Shown here one piece after another: positions 36,216 to 48,221 of a DNA stretch of 64,000 bases. The stretch's first letter is position 1, and each line of letters starts with the position of its first letter. The position numbers were made by a program, and so were the translations under genes. The notes below the pieces were generated by a model. The model saw only the letters and a program-made list of their open reading frames with translations, ran no database searches and was not told the DNA's origin. Origin of the DNA: an uncultured delta proteobacterium. GTDB taxonomy: Bacteria; Myxococcota_A; UBA9160; UBA4427. The DNA is taken from NCBI GenBank assembly GCA_963822965.1, contig CAWGJT010000005.1, positions 1,696,001-1,760,000 of the forward strand. Reading direction: 5' to 3'.

Positions 36216-37674
36216 TCAAGCGTGCACGGGCGGGCGGCGCTCGCTGCCAGGCCTACGCGACTCCTCGAGCCGGGCGGCCACCTGCAGCAGCAGGTCCTCG
36301 CGGCCGTAGGGGGCGACGAGCTGGCTGCCCACCGGCAGCCCCTCTGCGGTCCAGTGCGCGGGCAGCGAGATGGCCGGCTGGCCGGAGAGGTTGAAGGGCA
36401 GCGTGTAGACCCCATACGGCGCGGCCATCAGGAACGCGCGCAGCGGCTGCTCGGCGGTCGAGAGAGGGTGCCGATGCGCGGCGGCGGCTGGGCCTGGGTG
36501 GGGGTGAGCAGCAGGTCGAAGCCGCCCTGCCACCACGTCGGCCAGGCGCCGCCCGAGCGCCGTGCACGAACTCGAGGGACGCCAGGTGCTGGGGCGGCCG
36601 TGATCTCGCGTCCCCGCACCGGCGAGCGCCCAGGTGAGGGGCTCGACGTCGTTCGGCTCGACGGCGCGACCCACCTTCTCGCCCCAGCACTCGAGGGCGC
36701 GGGCCACGTTGGCAGCACACGACGTTCACGTAGGCGGCCACCACCTGGGGATCGTCGAGGGCCGCGGGGTACGACTCCTCGACGTGGTGGCCGAGGGCCT
36801 CGAGGGCCCGCGCGGTGGTCGCGGCCGGCCGCCACCGACGTCGTCGGAGACGTCGCTCGCACGCGGACCCACCGTCATGAGCCCGATCGCGCAGCCGTCC
36901 GGGATCGCGCGCGGAAGCTCGCCGCGTAGGGGGCGGCCGGGCGGCGGCGCGTAGTAGGGATCGCCGGGCATGGGTCCGTACGTCACGTCGAGCAGCGCCG
37001 CGGCTGTCGCGCACGCTGCGGGTCACGACGAACTCGGCCGAGAAGCCGCTCCAGCGCTCGCCCAGGCCGGGCCCGAACGAGTTGCGGCCGCGCGTGGGCT
37101 TGAGGCCCACCAGCGCGCACATGCTGGCGGGGCCGCGGATCGAGCCGCCGCCGTCGCTGGCGTGGGCGGCGGGCACGAGCCCCGCCGCCACCGCCGCCGA
37201 CGCGCCGCCGCTCGAGCCGCCCGAGCTGTGCTCGAGGCTCCAGGGATTGCGGGTGGGCCCGTAGGCCGCGGGCTCGGTGGTGGGCAGCAGCGCCAGCTCG
37301 GGGGTGTTCGTGCGCCCGAGCGAGACGAGACCCGCCGCGCGGATCTTCTGGGTGAAGTAGGCGTCGTAGGTCGCCTTCCAGCCGGCCGCCTTCGCGAAGC
37401 CCATGCCCGCGTGCAGCGGCTCGCCGGCCTCGTCGCCGCCGATGTCCTTCATCAGGAAGGGCACGCCGCGGAAGGGCCCGTCGGGCAGCTCGGCCGCCGG
37501 CCTGGGTGCGGGCGCGCTCGAAGGCGGGATGGATGACCGCGTTGAGCTCCGGGTCGAGCTTCTCGATGCGTGCGATCGCGGCGTCCACCAGCTCGCGCGG
37601 CGAGGCATTTCGCGGCTGCGCACCAGCTCCGCCTGGGCGGTGGCGTCGAGCCGGGCAACGGGGTCGTCGGACAT
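36216..37674 (-). CDS. Amidase signature family enzyme (frameshifts)
   Basis: [58 protein letters not shown]. Confidence 0.93.
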
Positions 37675-37774
37675 GGCTTCGTTGCTCCTCTGTCTCTATC
37701 TGGCATCGGTCGTGGCACCGCCGTCTTCCGCTTCCGTCTTCTCCAGGCGCTTCCGCTCGCTTCCAGGTCGGCCT

Positions 37775-38198
37775 TCAGTCTGCTTCGATGCCGGCAGCCG
37801 GCTCGGGCGGGTTCTCCAGCCGGATCACGACGGCTCCGCCTCGGGGCTCGCAGGCTGACGATGCGGGGCGAGCGGTCGTCGGCCCGGAACTGCAGCCGCA
37901 CCGCGCCCTCGGGATCTCCCGGCCCAGGGGCGCCCGCGCGACGGGGCCGCCCAGCACCCGCCACCACGGCTCCTCCTCGCTGGCGTCCTGCAGGCCGGGC
38001 GGCGCGTGCGCGGCGTCTCCAGGTAGTCGACCCCTAGTTCGTCCGTGCGTGGGGTCCGCGGTTACCGCGATCCGGCCCAGATCGAAGGTCAGCATCAGGG
38101 ACGAGACGCGATCCGTCCGGTCGCCCAGGGGCGCCACGTCGGCGCGCAGCAGCTGACCCGCCCCCTTTGACGGCCCTCTCGAAAAGCTCGATGCCCAC
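37775..38198 (-). CDS. Hypothetical protein (frameshifts)
   Basis: Coherent segments LMLTFDLGRIAV..DASEEEPWWRVLG..LQFRADD. Confidence 0.45.
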
Positions 38199-38221
38199 GG
38201 ACGACAGTCTACACTCGCCCC

Positions 38222-38486
38222 ATGGCGTGGAAGTCGATCACGAAGGGGCGCGACGCGTGTCCCCGAAGGGCTCGCCGTCCGACGGCGGCGCCACGAGCAC
38301 GGCTGGGCGCCCCGGGAGCTGATCCCGCCATCGGCGAGGCCAGCTACCACGCCAGCGGCCGGCGCGAGACGATCTAGCCCGAACCTGCTGGCGGCCATCG
38401 AGGAGCGCAACGAGCCGGTTCCGTACGACACCCTGTGCCTGGTGGCCGCGGGACTCGGCTGCGATCCGGTGGACATCCTGCGCTGA
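38222..38486 (+). CDS. Small XRE-HTH-like protein (frameshifts)
   Basis: LAVRRRRHEHGW..LLAAIEE..TLCLVAAGLGCDPVDIL. Confidence 0.45.
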
Positions 38487-38519
38487 GGCCCGTGCCTCGA
38501 GAGCAGACCAGGAGGATGC

Positions 38520-39302
38520 ATGGAGTACGTCGAAGTCGCCGAGGCACGCAAGCGCGGGGGGCTTCGGCTCGTCCTCACGGCCGGCGTTCCCGGTCCCTGG
38601 GGCGAGGCCGCCAAGGGCGTGCTGCACGTAAAGCGCATTCCCTACACGGCGGTGCGTCAGAAGGGGGGCCAGGTCAACGACGAGCTGCGCGCGTGGACGG
38701 GCTACGACAACGCGCCCCAGGCCGTCTACGAGGACGAGCGGGCCCGCATCGGCTGGAGCGAGATCCTCTTCCTCGCCGAGCGGCTCGCCCCGAACCCGTC
38801 GCTCATCCCGAGCGACCCGCACCAGCGGGTGCTGATGTTCGGGCTGCTGCACGAGATCGCCGGCGAGATGGGCTTCGCGTGGTGCCGGAGGCTCCAGATC
38901 TTCCATCCCATCCTGCAGCTGCCCGAGGGCGCGGTGCCCGCGGCCCTGCGCGATTCGGTGGGACGCATGGCGGCGAAGTACGGCTACACCGCCGAGGCCG
39001 CCGCGGCGGCGAGCGTGCGGGTGGTGGAGATCCTGGAGGTGCTCTCGCAGACGCTGCGCGCCCAGCGGGAGCGGGGAAGCGGCTTCCTGGTGGGCGACGC
39101 GCTCTCGGCCGCCGACGTCTACTGGGCCACCTTCGCCGCCATGCTCGAGCCGCTGCCGCCGGACGTGTGCCCCATGGACGAGATGATGCGCCGCAGCTAC
39201 ACGCTGCGCGACGAGGAAGCGCTGGAGGCCGCGGACCCGATCCTGCTGGACCACCGAGACCGCATCTACCGCGACTACCTGGAGCTACCGCTGTCCTTCT
39301 AG
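38520..39302 (+). CDS. Glutathione S-transferase-like protein
   Basis: PGPWGEAAKG..ILFLAERLAPNPSLIP..FLVGDALSAADVYWA. Confidence 0.85.
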   Translation: MEYVEVAEARKRGGLRLVLTAGVPGPWGEAAKGVLHVKRIPYTAVRQKGGQVNDELRAWTGYDNAPQAVYEDERARIGWSEILFLAERLAPNPSLIPSDPHQRVLMFGLLHEIAGEMGFAWCRRLQIFHPILQLPEGAVPAALRDSVGRMAAKYGYTAEAAAAASVRVVEILEVLSQTLRAQRERGSGFLVGDALSAADVYWATFAAMLEPLPPDVCPMDEMMRRSYTLRDEEALEAADPILLDHRDRIYRDYLELPLSF

Positions 39303-39306
39303 ACCC

Positions 39307-39730
39307 GGCCGCCGCAGCTCCCGCGAGGCGGCCGAGAGTGCTGCAGATTCGCGGCCCTCGGAGCGGAGCGAAGCGGAGGCGCGAAGCGTAGCTTCGCCCC
39401 GGAGGCCGCCGCAGGCGTACTCCCGTACGTCGAGGACGGCCGGAGCGAGAAGGTCGCGAAGATGCAGTGCTATCGGCCGCCGCAGCCCCCGCAGCTCCCG
39501 CGAGGCGGCCGAGAGTGCTGCAGATTCGCGGCCCTCGGAGCGGAGCGAAGCGGAGGCGCGAAGCGCAGCTTCGCCCCGGAGGCCGCCGCAGGCGTACTCC
39601 CGTACGTCGAGGACGGCCGGAGCGAGAAGGTCGTGAAGATGCAGTGCTATCGGCCGCCGCAGCCTCGTACGTCGAGGACGGCCGGAGCGAGAAGGTCGCG
39701 AAGATGCAGTGCGATCGGCCGCCGCAGCCT
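39307..39730. repeat. Tandem MITE/REP-like element: two 177-bp units plus a 3' partial copy
   Basis: Near-identical units start at 39314 and 39491; partial copy at 39666-39730; imperfect terminal IR GGCGGCCGA-GAGTG-CTGCA / TGCAG-TGCTA-TCGGCCGCC. Confidence 0.9.
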
Positions 39731-40008
39731 CAGATGCCCATCTCGGAGAGCTGATCGACGAGCCGGCGGACCGCCTCGGTGAGGGCGGGGTGCGATCCCT
39801 CGAAGCGCTCGAGGCGCTCGCGCAGGGCGTCGAGCGCCTCGCTGGCCGGGCCCTCGTCGCTCGTCTCGTCGAGGGTGGACTGGATCTGGGAGGCGGCCGC
39901 ACGCAGCGCGTCCCGGGACGGCTCGTCCAGGTCGTGGGCGGAGTCCAGGACTTCGTGCAGCTCCCGCAGGAGCGCTCCGAGTCGACCGGCGGAACGGGGC
40001 TCGCTCAT
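39730..40008 (-). CDS. DUF4404-like protein
   Basis: LRELHEVL..RFEGSHPALTEAVRRLVDQLSEMGI. Confidence 0.8.
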   Translation of the reverse strand: MSEPRSAGRLGALLRELHEVLDSAHDLDEPSRDALRAAASQIQSTLDETSDEGPASEALDALRERLERFEGSHPALTEAVRRLVDQLSEMGI

Positions 40009-40070
40009 GCTTTCTCCTCTCTCGGATCGTAGCGGCGATCGGGGCGGCTGCCCCGGTCTCCCCGCGCCGA

Positions 40071-41374
40071 TCAGCGCAGCCCGCAGGCCTTCATGCGCTG
40101 ATAGGCCAGGTCGCGCACCTGGTCGGCGACGCCCAGGGCGCCCGAGCGCCAGCCCTTGCCGTCAAAGCCGTAGAAGCGGGTGAGCGAGAGGCCGAGCCCG
40201 CTCTGGTCGTGGGACTGCTCGAGGCCCAGCCACTGCTCGCAGGGAATCGAGTCGAGCTCCTCCTTCGAGTCGAGCCAGCCCGAGCGGTCGAGGTCGTAGC
40301 GGGCCAGCAGCCACTGCCGGGCCTCCTCGTGCCAGCTCTCGAAGGGCTGTCCGCTGCGGTCGGAGGCGCTCTCGGCCGCCGCGCCCACGGCGGCTGGCGG
40401 CTTCGGGCGCGGCGCCTGGGGCTCGGCCCGGGCCACGCGCTCGAGCCGCGGCCGCACCCCCAGCACCCGGCCGGGCTCCGCTTCGACGATCCCCTCCCAG
40501 GCCCGGTAGCCGTCCTTCGACACCCGCACCTCGTGCTCGCCCGCGCGCACCGGATGCTGGGTCTCACCGGTCGCACCCACCGGCTTGCCGTCGATGGTGA
40601 GCTTGTCGTCCGCCACGTTCGAGCGCACCACGAGCCAGGCCGTATCGCCGCAGAGCTCGGGGGCGAAGGTCAGCTCGTCGCCGCCGTGGGCCTCGACGTC
40701 GTGCTGCCAGTAGTCGCGGCAGTCCGGATGGCTCACCTTGAGCGAGTAGGTGCCGGGCGCCAGCCAGTAGACGCTGTCGTCGGCGGCACCCTGGGCCACC
40801 ACCTCGGGCTTGTCGCCCCGGGTGCGCACCTCGAGCATGGCGCCTTCGACGGAGCTGTGGGCGACGAGCCGGGCGCGCTCGCCCGCGTCGAGGGCCTCCC
40901 CGGTGCCGCCGGCGTCGTCCGCGGACTCTTCCTCCGCGGCGGCGCCGTCGATCGCGTAGCCGCCGCCCTCGCCGCCGGCGCCACCCCCCGCGCCCCCCAC
41001 CAGCACCGCGGGACCGAACCCCTCCCGTTGCCACACCAGGTGCACGACGAGCCCCAGGGCGACGACGGTGGCCACGATCGCCCAGGCGAGCAGCCAGCGC
41101 GGCGCGCGGCGAGAAGGCGGCGCGGCGTCAGGCTGCTGCCTTCCCGGCGACGCGTCGCCTGCCAGCAGCTGCTCGAGGGCGCGGTCCAGGTCGTCCAGCT
41201 CGGCGCGGCGCGCGGCGCGGAAGCCGGCGTCCTCGGACGCGGCCGCCCGGGCCTCGACGTGCGCCCGCAGGGCCTGGTGCGCGGCGCGGATCTCGCCCGC
41301 GTCGGCTCCCTCGGCGAGTCCGAGGATCCCCAGTGCAAGGCCCCGCTCCGGCACGGTCCGCCCTTTCGCCTCCA
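40071..41374 (-). CDS. Membrane-anchored PEGA-domain protein with J-domain-like N-terminus
   Basis: ALGILGLAEGADAGEIRAAH; TM; VRSNV..LTIDGKPVGAT..GEHEVRVSKDGY. Confidence 0.65.
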
Positions 41375-41512
41375 TCCCGGCTCCCGGGATTCCGGCGCGC
41401 TCCGCCGTTCCGCCTCCATCCCGTTCCCGGGATGCGGCTCCCTGGGAGCCACGCCGCGGGCCCGTCACGGTAGCAGTCCGGCCGCCGCGGCTGGCTGTGA
41501 CATACTCCCCGC

Positions 41513-42677
41513 GTGTCCGACGGCGCAACGACCCTGGGCCCCGCGCGCGTCTCGTCGAGCCCGACGGGCGCGGACGTCCCCTGCCCCCACTGCGGGCACC
41601 CGAATCCGCCCCCCCGCAGCGCCGACTCCATCGTCGACTGCCGCCACTGCGACCGCTCGTTCGCGTGGCGCCGCCCGCAGGCCGCGGAAGCGCAGCCCGT
41701 GGAGGCCATCGCCTCGGGCTTCCAGGCCATCCAGGCGCGCTCGCCCACCGACGTGGGCCTGCGCGTCACCGGCATCGCCGCGGCCGCCCTCACCGTCCTC
41801 TTCTATGCGGCGGTGGTGCACCCGCTGGCGGGCACCTACGTGGGCGAGCTCTTCGGGGCGCGCGGCTGGGTGCCCTACGTGATCGCGTGGCTCTCGGCCT
41901 GGGCCGGCGTGCTGCTGGGCCTCAAGGCGTGGCTGCTGGCCGCCCAGCGCCGGGCGCTCGACGTGGACTGGCTGCCCGACGCCCTCGCCACCCGCATCAC
42001 CCCCGCCAACGCCGAGCGCTTCCGCCGCAACCTGCACGACCTGGCGGCGCGGGCGCTGCCCCGCCCCGGCCTGCCCGTGGCACGCGGCCTGGCGCTGGGC
42101 AGCTCGCGCAGCTTCCTGGTCGGGACGCATCGACCGCGCCCTCGAGCGCCTGCGCATGCGGGGCAGCGCGCCGGACGTGATCGACCAGCTGGCCAGCCAG
42201 TCGCAGCTCGACGCCAACGCCGTCGAATCGAGCTACACGATGGTGCGTGTGTTCATCTGGGCGATCCCGCTGCTGGGCTTCATTGGCACGGTGGTGGGCA
42301 TCAGCGCGGCGGTCGCCGGCTTCTCGGACTCGGTGGCGTCGGCGGTGGACCTGGACGTGATGAAGCAGTCCATCGGCACCGTCACCATGGGCCTGGGCGT
42401 GGCCTTCGACACCACCCTGCTGGCCCTGGTGATGAGCATCGTCATCATGCTGCCCACCACCTCGCTGCAGAAGGCCGAGGAGGACTTCCTCAGCCGGGTG
42501 GACGCTTACTGCGACGAGCGGCTGGGACGCCGGCTCGACGACGGCAGACGGCCCCACGAGCCCGCCCCCGACCCCGGCACCCTGGCCACCCAGATCGCAA
42601 GGCTCGCCCGAACCATCGAGGCCCTGGACACGAAGCTCTCCGCGAGCAGCGGCCGAGGCCCGAGCCGGGGCGAGTGA
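41513..42677 (+). CDS. MotA/TolQ/ExbB proton channel family protein with N-terminal zinc ribbon (frameshift)
   Basis: WAIPLLGFIGTVVGIS, GLGVAFDTTLLAL; CPHC..CRHC. Confidence 0.85.
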
Positions 42678-42688
42678 GCGGGCGCGGC

Positions 42689-43458
42689 ATGGCGGCGCGC
42701 AGACCGCGACGCGAAGGCGACTCTTCGCTCTTTCCGTTCCTGAGCGTCCTCGCCTGCCTGATCGGCACGCTCACCCTGATGATCGCGGCGCTGGCCATCG
42801 GCCAGGTGGCCGAGAGCCTGCAGGACCGCGACCTGGACGCCGACCAGGCGCAGCAGCTCGAGGCCCAGCGCGCGGAGCTGCGCGCCCTGCGAGGCGCAGG
42901 TCGAGTCGGCGGACCAGCGTGGAAGAGGAGCTGGCCGCGGCCGCCGCCGAGCTGCGGGCCCTGGGCGTGCGACCCGACCAGCCCGACGCCGAGCGTCGCC
43001 ATGCCGTGGCCGTGCGACAGAGCGCCGCCCGCCTGGCCGCGCGGCTGCGCGACCTGGAGAAGCAGAGCCAGAGCCTCGACGGCTCGATCCTCGGCGTGCA
43101 GGCCGACCTGGTCCGCGAGCGGCCGAGCGACGACAAGCGCCCCATCCGCATCCTGCCCCAGGGCACCGCCCAGCCCCTGCGCCCCTTCTTCGTCGAGTGC
43201 CGCGCCGAGGGCGTGCGCGTCTACAAGGAAGACCTGACCGACAGCTTCTATCTTTCGCGCGAGAGCATCGACGACGTGGCGCGCTTCCGCGCCTTCCTGC
43301 AGCGGATCCGCAGCGCGCGGGACGGCACCGTCATCTTCCTCATCCGACCCGACGGGGCCGAGACCTACGCGTGGGCGGCGGGCCAGGCCGGCCGGCTCTA
43401 CGTGCGCAACGCCAAGCTGCCGCTGCCCACCCAGGGCGAGCTCGAGTTCGCGCTGTGA
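42689..43458 (+). CDS. ExbD/TolR-like partner, single TM plus coiled coil (frameshift)
   Basis: SLFPFLSVLACLIGTLTLMI; FLIRPDG. Confidence 0.55.
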
Positions 43459-44416
43459 GCGCCCGCAGCCTGCGAAGGCGGCCGCGCGCGGGCGGCGGCG
43501 GACAGAACGTGGACTCGCTGCTCGACACCATGGCGAACGTCGTCGGCATCATGGTGGTGCTGATGGCCGTCACCCAGCTCACCGTGGGCGACGCCATGAA
43601 GCGCATCCAGGCCTGGGAGAGCGAAGAGGCGTCGCGAGCTCCGCGACGCGCGCCAGCAGGCCGAGGCGCAGCTCGCTGTCGCTGGGCAGCGAAGACCTCA
43701 CCCGCAGCCTCGATCTGGCGCGCATGCGCGAGCAGATCCGCGACCTGCGGACCGTCGCCGACCCGTCCACCGCCGCGGACACGGCCACGGTGACCGCGAC
43801 GGTGGCGAGCCAGCGCCTGCAGGTGCGACGCCTCGAGGCGAAGCTCGCCGACAAGCAGAAGCAGCTCGCCAACCTGAAGATCCTGCTGGCCGAAGGCACG
43901 GCCCGCGCCGAGCAGGAAGGCATCGCCCTGCGCCTGCCCGACCCGCGCCCCGCCCCCCTGGCCGCAAAGCAGCTCCTCATCTTCTGCCGCTACGGCCGCG
44001 TCTTCGACCCGCGCTTCGACCAGCTCGAGCGCGATCTCCAGGAGGTGCTCCGCACCGCGCCGCCCCCGGTCCCGCGCTACTTCGAGGCCTACGACGTGGG
44101 CAACGAGCTGCTTCGCTGGCGCGTGGTGGACGGGCTGCGCGGCCGGTCCGCGCGTCTCGACTGGCGCCGGAAGGACATCGGCGAGACCGCCGCCGAGCTG
44201 CGCTCGCCCGACGCGAAGCTGCGCCAGGTGTTCGCCGAGAACGACCCGCAGCAGAGCTTCCTGCGCTTCTATGTGTGGGAGGACAGCTTCGAGGCCTACC
44301 TCGAGGCCCGGCGCATCGCCGAGGAAGCCGGCTACGCGGCGGGCTGGGTGCCCATCCCGGACGGCCAGCCCCTGGACTTCGTGAAGGGCCGCACCCCGCC
44401 CACCCCGGTGGACTGA
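43455..44416 (+). CDS. Second ExbD/TolR-like partner (frameshift)
   Basis: NVDSLLDTMANVVGIMV; FYVWEDSFEAYLEAR..GWVP. Confidence 0.55.
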
Positions 44417-44469
44417 GCCGACCGTCGCACAGCAGCCGGACCGGGCTGCCGGACGCTACCCTGCGCGCC

Positions 44470-44991
44470 ATGGCGACCCGCATCCGGCCGGTGGAAGAAG
44501 AAGACCTCCCCGAGCTGACGCGCATCTACAACCACTACATCGTCGAGACGCCCATCACGTTCGACGTCGAGCCCTACACGGTGGAGAAGCGGCGCGCCTG
44601 GCTGGAAGGCTTCGACCGCGAGGGCCCGTACCGCTGCTTCGTCGCCGAGGTGGACGGGCGCGCGGCCGGCTGGGCGTGCACCCTGCGCTTCCGTCCCAAG
44701 GCCGCCTACGACCTGTCGGTGGAGACGAGCATCTATCTCGATCCCGCCGTCACCGGGCAGGGCCTGGGAACGCAGCTCTACGAGACCCTCTTCGCGAGCC
44801 TGGCGGGCGCGGGGCTCCACCGGGCGCTGGGCGGCATCACCCTGCCCAACCCGGCCAGCGTGGCGCTCCACGAGCGCTTCGGCTTCGAGCGCGTGGGCGT
44901 CTTTCCCGAGGTGGGCTTCAAGCTCGGCCGCTACTGGGACGTCATCTGGCTCAGCAAGGATCTGTCGCACCAGGGCACGATCGCCCCCTGA
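44470..44991 (+). CDS. GNAT N-acetyltransferase (phosphinothricin acetyltransferase/MnaT-like)
   Basis: IYNHYI..ITFD, VETSIYL..GQGLGTQLY, PNPASVALHERFGF..GFKLGRYWDV. Confidence 0.92.
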   Translation: MATRIRPVEEEDLPELTRIYNHYIVETPITFDVEPYTVEKRRAWLEGFDREGPYRCFVAEVDGRAAGWACTLRFRPKAAYDLSVETSIYLDPAVTGQGLGTQLYETLFASLAGAGLHRALGGITLPNPASVALHERFGFERVGVFPEVGFKLGRYWDVIWLSKDLSHQGTIAP

Positions 44992-45032
44992 CTCCTGGAG
45001 ATCGACCGCGACCATCGGGCGAACAGGTCACG

Positions 45033-45677
45033 CTACTTCCCCGACGGCATCGAGGGAGGTCGTTCGACCTCGGGAAATTCTTCCTCCAGCTCCCCGAGCA
45101 GTTGCTGCGCCTCCCGCTGAGCCGCGCTCTGCGGAGCCTGATCGGGCAACGTCCGCTGGGCGCTCCGAACGACGGCATCCTTCTCGGGCCGGAGATCCCC
45201 GACGAATCGATCGATCTCTCCCGGGCTCCCGAAGTCGAAGAAGGTCAGAACTCGATGAAGGCCCTGGGCGGGAAGCACGGCCACTGGTGCATCTGCACCC
45301 GCGAGTCGAACCACCACCAACTGGCGTCCACCCTTCGCCATCAGCTCGTCCCGAAGCGCAGCCAGCGGCGCGTAGGCGTCGGATGACAGGACTAACGTCA
45401 CGGCGTCGGGATTCACGAGGATTCGGGAGATCCCGCAGCTCTCCAGCACATAGTCCGGGTCGGACCCGACCCAGAACGTGTCCTGCGCCAGGACGGGCGT
45501 CGAGAAGCGAAGCTCCACACAGCCCTCGCACTCGGACACGTCGAGCACTCTCTGGAACCATACCTCGGTGCCATCCGCGCATCCGGGCGACGCGCCCGAG
45601 CAGCCGACCAACCAGACGATCGACGCACATGCCAGAAGGCACGCGGACCGCATGATCTCGCTTGCGCACGTCACCAC
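45033..45677 (-). CDS. Putative immunity lipoprotein
   Basis: Lipobox WLVGC; overlaps the upstream tip. Confidence 0.55.
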   Translation of the reverse strand: MVTCASEIMRSACLLACASIVWLVGCSGASPGCADGTEVWFQRVLDVSECEGCVELRFSTPVLAQDTFWVGSDPDYVLESCGISRILVNPDAVTLVLSSDAYAPLAALRDELMAKGGRQLVVVRLAGADAPVAVLPAQGLHRVLTFFDFGSPGEIDRFVGDLRPEKDAVVRSAQRTLPDQAPQSAAQREAQQLLGELEEEFPEVERPPSMPSGK

Positions 45678-46070
45678 GAGCTCTCCTTCAGCACCACGAG
45701 CCTGGCACGGTAGATCTGAAGCCGAGCGATCGTCGCCTCGTTGGCCGCTATACGATGCTCGGACCGACGAACTTCGATCTCCATTCCCTGAATTCTCCCG
45801 ACTCTAGCCATCATGTCGGCGAAGCCACCGTCGCTCGGCTTTCCTTCAAACGCATTCGTGATGCTTTTCACGAGTGGGCTATCAAACACCCGCATCAACG
45901 GTGACTCTGGGGCACTTCGCGGATCCAATGTCTTCTCGATGTCCTCGTGCAACTTGTCCACGTAACTCTTGAGCTGCTTGTTCTCCTGGGCAAGCTTCTG
46001 GGTCGTATCGTCGATCTCAGCGATGCGTTCAGCGATCCGATCGCTCATGTACTGAGCGGCGTTACCACCC
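45671..46070 (-). CDS. Orphan coiled-coil toxin tip
   Basis: Helical ORF beginning at the edge of the 350-bp repeat, coupled to a lipoprotein gene. Confidence 0.45.
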
Positions 46071-46420
46071 TGGGACGAGGGTCGACCGACAACTCCCCGA
46101 TTCCCCTATCGGTTTTCTGATGCCTCCCGGTATTGCTTCGGCGATCATCGTACCGTCAGCGGACGGATCGTACCTCGCTGGTTGCGGGCGGGGCCGGAGC
46201 CAGCGCGGGGCCGGTGCTCCGATCAGCCTGCCGACACCGACCGGACACGCGCTGCCAGGTCGCTCAGGTCTGTCGCAACCCGCTGATTCCAGTCGAGGCG
46301 ACTCAGGCCGAGCAGCTCGGTGGCGAGCGCCTCGGTGTCGTTCTTGACCATGCGCCCGGTCAACATCGGAACCACGGCGTTCAGCTCCGTTACAAGGTCC
46401 GCTCTTGCCTCGGGGCTCAT
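46071..46420. repeat. 350-bp direct repeat, copy 1
   Basis: Matches 47546-47895 except 46291 A vs 47766 G. Confidence 0.95.
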
Positions 46421-47080
46421 TTCCTTCAGCGAGGCAAGGTACAAGAGCCCCTGCACTTGTTCTCGAAGCACCTGCGAAGACTGCCCGAGAAGCTCGCTGT
46501 AGATCTGTAGCATCTCCGCCTTCTGGGCTCGCTCGCTCGCCGAACTGGCTCTTTGGTATTGCGCGGAAACGTCTCCCTCGACAGCGCGGATTTCATCGAC
46601 TGAGGGAGCTTCCGTAACAATTGCTCTTAGGCGAGCAGCCCTGATGGCAACCAGTTCCCGGTCAAAGAAGGAACGGTCTTCTCGGTGCAAGCCGTACAGA
46701 GCCGCAAGGGTTGAGGACCCCGTTGGCAGAGCTGAATCGGGAACGCCGAGTTGAGTGATAAGCAATCGCTGGAAGACCAAGCCCGATCTCTTGCTATCCA
46801 GTCGAGGCAGCTCGGTGCCCCCCAACTCGGCGAGCTTGCCCAGGGCGGTCCGGTACTCCTCGATCGACCAAGAGGCGCCAGGGTCTGGTACCCCAAGGTC
46901 CTTGTAGCTCTTGACATCCCACGACTTGTCCTCGGGGACGTGGAGCGGCCGTTCTTGCTCGGATGCTCCGACGTTGGCGGCGATCGCCAAACCTAGTGTT
47001 ACCGCCAACACGCGAAGTGTTCGTCCAATAGCTGATAGCCGGATCACATCGGTACCCCCAACTGCGTCGGCCCGAGTCAT
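46223..47080 (-). CDS. Exported helical protein, putative immunity
   Basis: Signal peptide VLAVTLGLAIAANVGA; overlaps the stop of the upstream tip. Confidence 0.55.
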   Translation of the reverse strand: MTRADAVGGTDVIRLSAIGRTLRVLAVTLGLAIAANVGASEQERPLHVPEDKSWDVKSYKDLGVPDPGASWSIEEYRTALGKLAELGGTELPRLDSKRSGLVFQRLLITQLGVPDSALPTGSSTLAALYGLHREDRSFFDRELVAIRAARLRAIVTEAPSVDEIRAVEGDVSAQYQRASSASERAQKAEMLQIYSELLGQSSQVLREQVQGLLYLASLKEMSPEARADLVTELNAVVPMLTGRMVKNDTEALATELLGLSRLDWNQRVATDLSDLAARVRSVSAG

Positions 47081-47545
47081 GGAAGCCCGGGCTGGGCAAC
47101 GCCACGGACAAGTGACAAGCCGTTTCTCAAGAGGCCCGGAGAGAAGCCGGAGGCACTTGGTGTCGTTGCATACACCCCGGCCTCCAGCGCCTTGGCAGAA
47201 AGTTCGCCAAAGTTCCTTCCTACTCGTCCCGCTGCCAGCATTCCGCCCTCGAATGCTGGTGCGCCGAACGCCAAGAGGATCGAGCCTCGCGCCAGCTTCA
47301 AGTTCCTTCCGAGAACCCGGGCGTTCTCCTGCCTTAGGATGTCGCCACCGGCCTGCTCGGTCGCACGCCGCACGCGAACGTCTGCAATCCCGAACACGTC
47401 ACGCAGCGAAAGCTGATCGAACACTTCGTCAGGTATCGCTGCGTCCTGTAAGACAGCATCAACGGCCTGCGAGAGAGGTGAGCCATCTGGCCCTACGATC
47501 TGAGCGTGAGTTGCAACGTTTCCGGCATCGGCGTACTGCGTCCCT
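47077..47545 (-). CDS. Orphan toxin tip (start absent)
   Basis: ORF ending at 47077 with ATGA coupling to the next gene; begins next to repeat copy 2. Confidence 0.45.
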
Positions 47546-47895
47546 TGGGACGAGGGTCGACCGACAACTCCCCGATTCCCCTATCGGTTTTCTGATGCCT
47601 CCCGGTATTGCTTCGGCGATCATCGTACCGTCAGCGGACGGATCGTACCTCGCTGGTTGCGGGCGGGGCCGGAGCCAGCGCGGGGCCGGTGCTCCGATCA
47701 GCCTGCCGACACCGACCGGACACGCGCTGCCAGGTCGCTCAGGTCTGTCGCAACCCGCTGATTCCGGTCGAGGCGACTCAGGCCGAGCAGCTCGGTGGCG
47801 AGCGCCTCGGTGTCGTTCTTGACCATGCGCCCGGTCAACATCGGAACCACGGCGTTCAGCTCCGTTACAAGGTCCGCTCTTGCCTCGGGGCTCAT
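47546..47895. repeat. 350-bp direct repeat, copy 2
   Basis: Offset 1475 from copy 1. Confidence 0.95.
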
Positions 47896-48190
47896 GCGCG
47901 CACGCGACGATCGCCCGCCAGCCGACCGGCCTGAGCGCACCCGCTCCGATCGCGTGCCGGCGCGCGCACGGAGCGAGCCCAGCGCGTGCGTGTCACGCGG
48001 ACAGCGAGGCCAGCACCTCCGGGTAGAAGCGCCAGCGGCCGCGGCGGGTGGGCCGCTCGAGAGCGCGGGCCAGCGCGCGGAGGAACACGTCCCGCGGCCA
48101 CTCCCGGGCGCCGAGCGCGGCGGTGTGCTCGGTGTGCACCTGGCAGTCGAGGAAGTCGAAGCCCCACGCGTCGATCTGTCGCACCAGGGC
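47893..48190 (-). pseudogene. aat: Diverged duplicate of 57122-57415 (sulfatase 3' end, spacer, aat 3' end)
   Basis: ALVRQIDAWGFDFLDCQVHTEHTAALGAREWPRDVFL..., collinear with 57218-57415 with scattered differences. Confidence 0.92.
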
Positions 48191-48221
48191 CCGATCGTCC
48201 CGTGACTCCTCGAGATCGGCT

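Noticed and set aside
39307..39730. CRISPR array
   Set aside because: Units are 177 bp with no unique spacers and no cas genes nearby.
46071..47895. DGR template/variable repeat pair
   Set aside because: Only one mismatch in 350 bp and no reverse transcriptase in the window.
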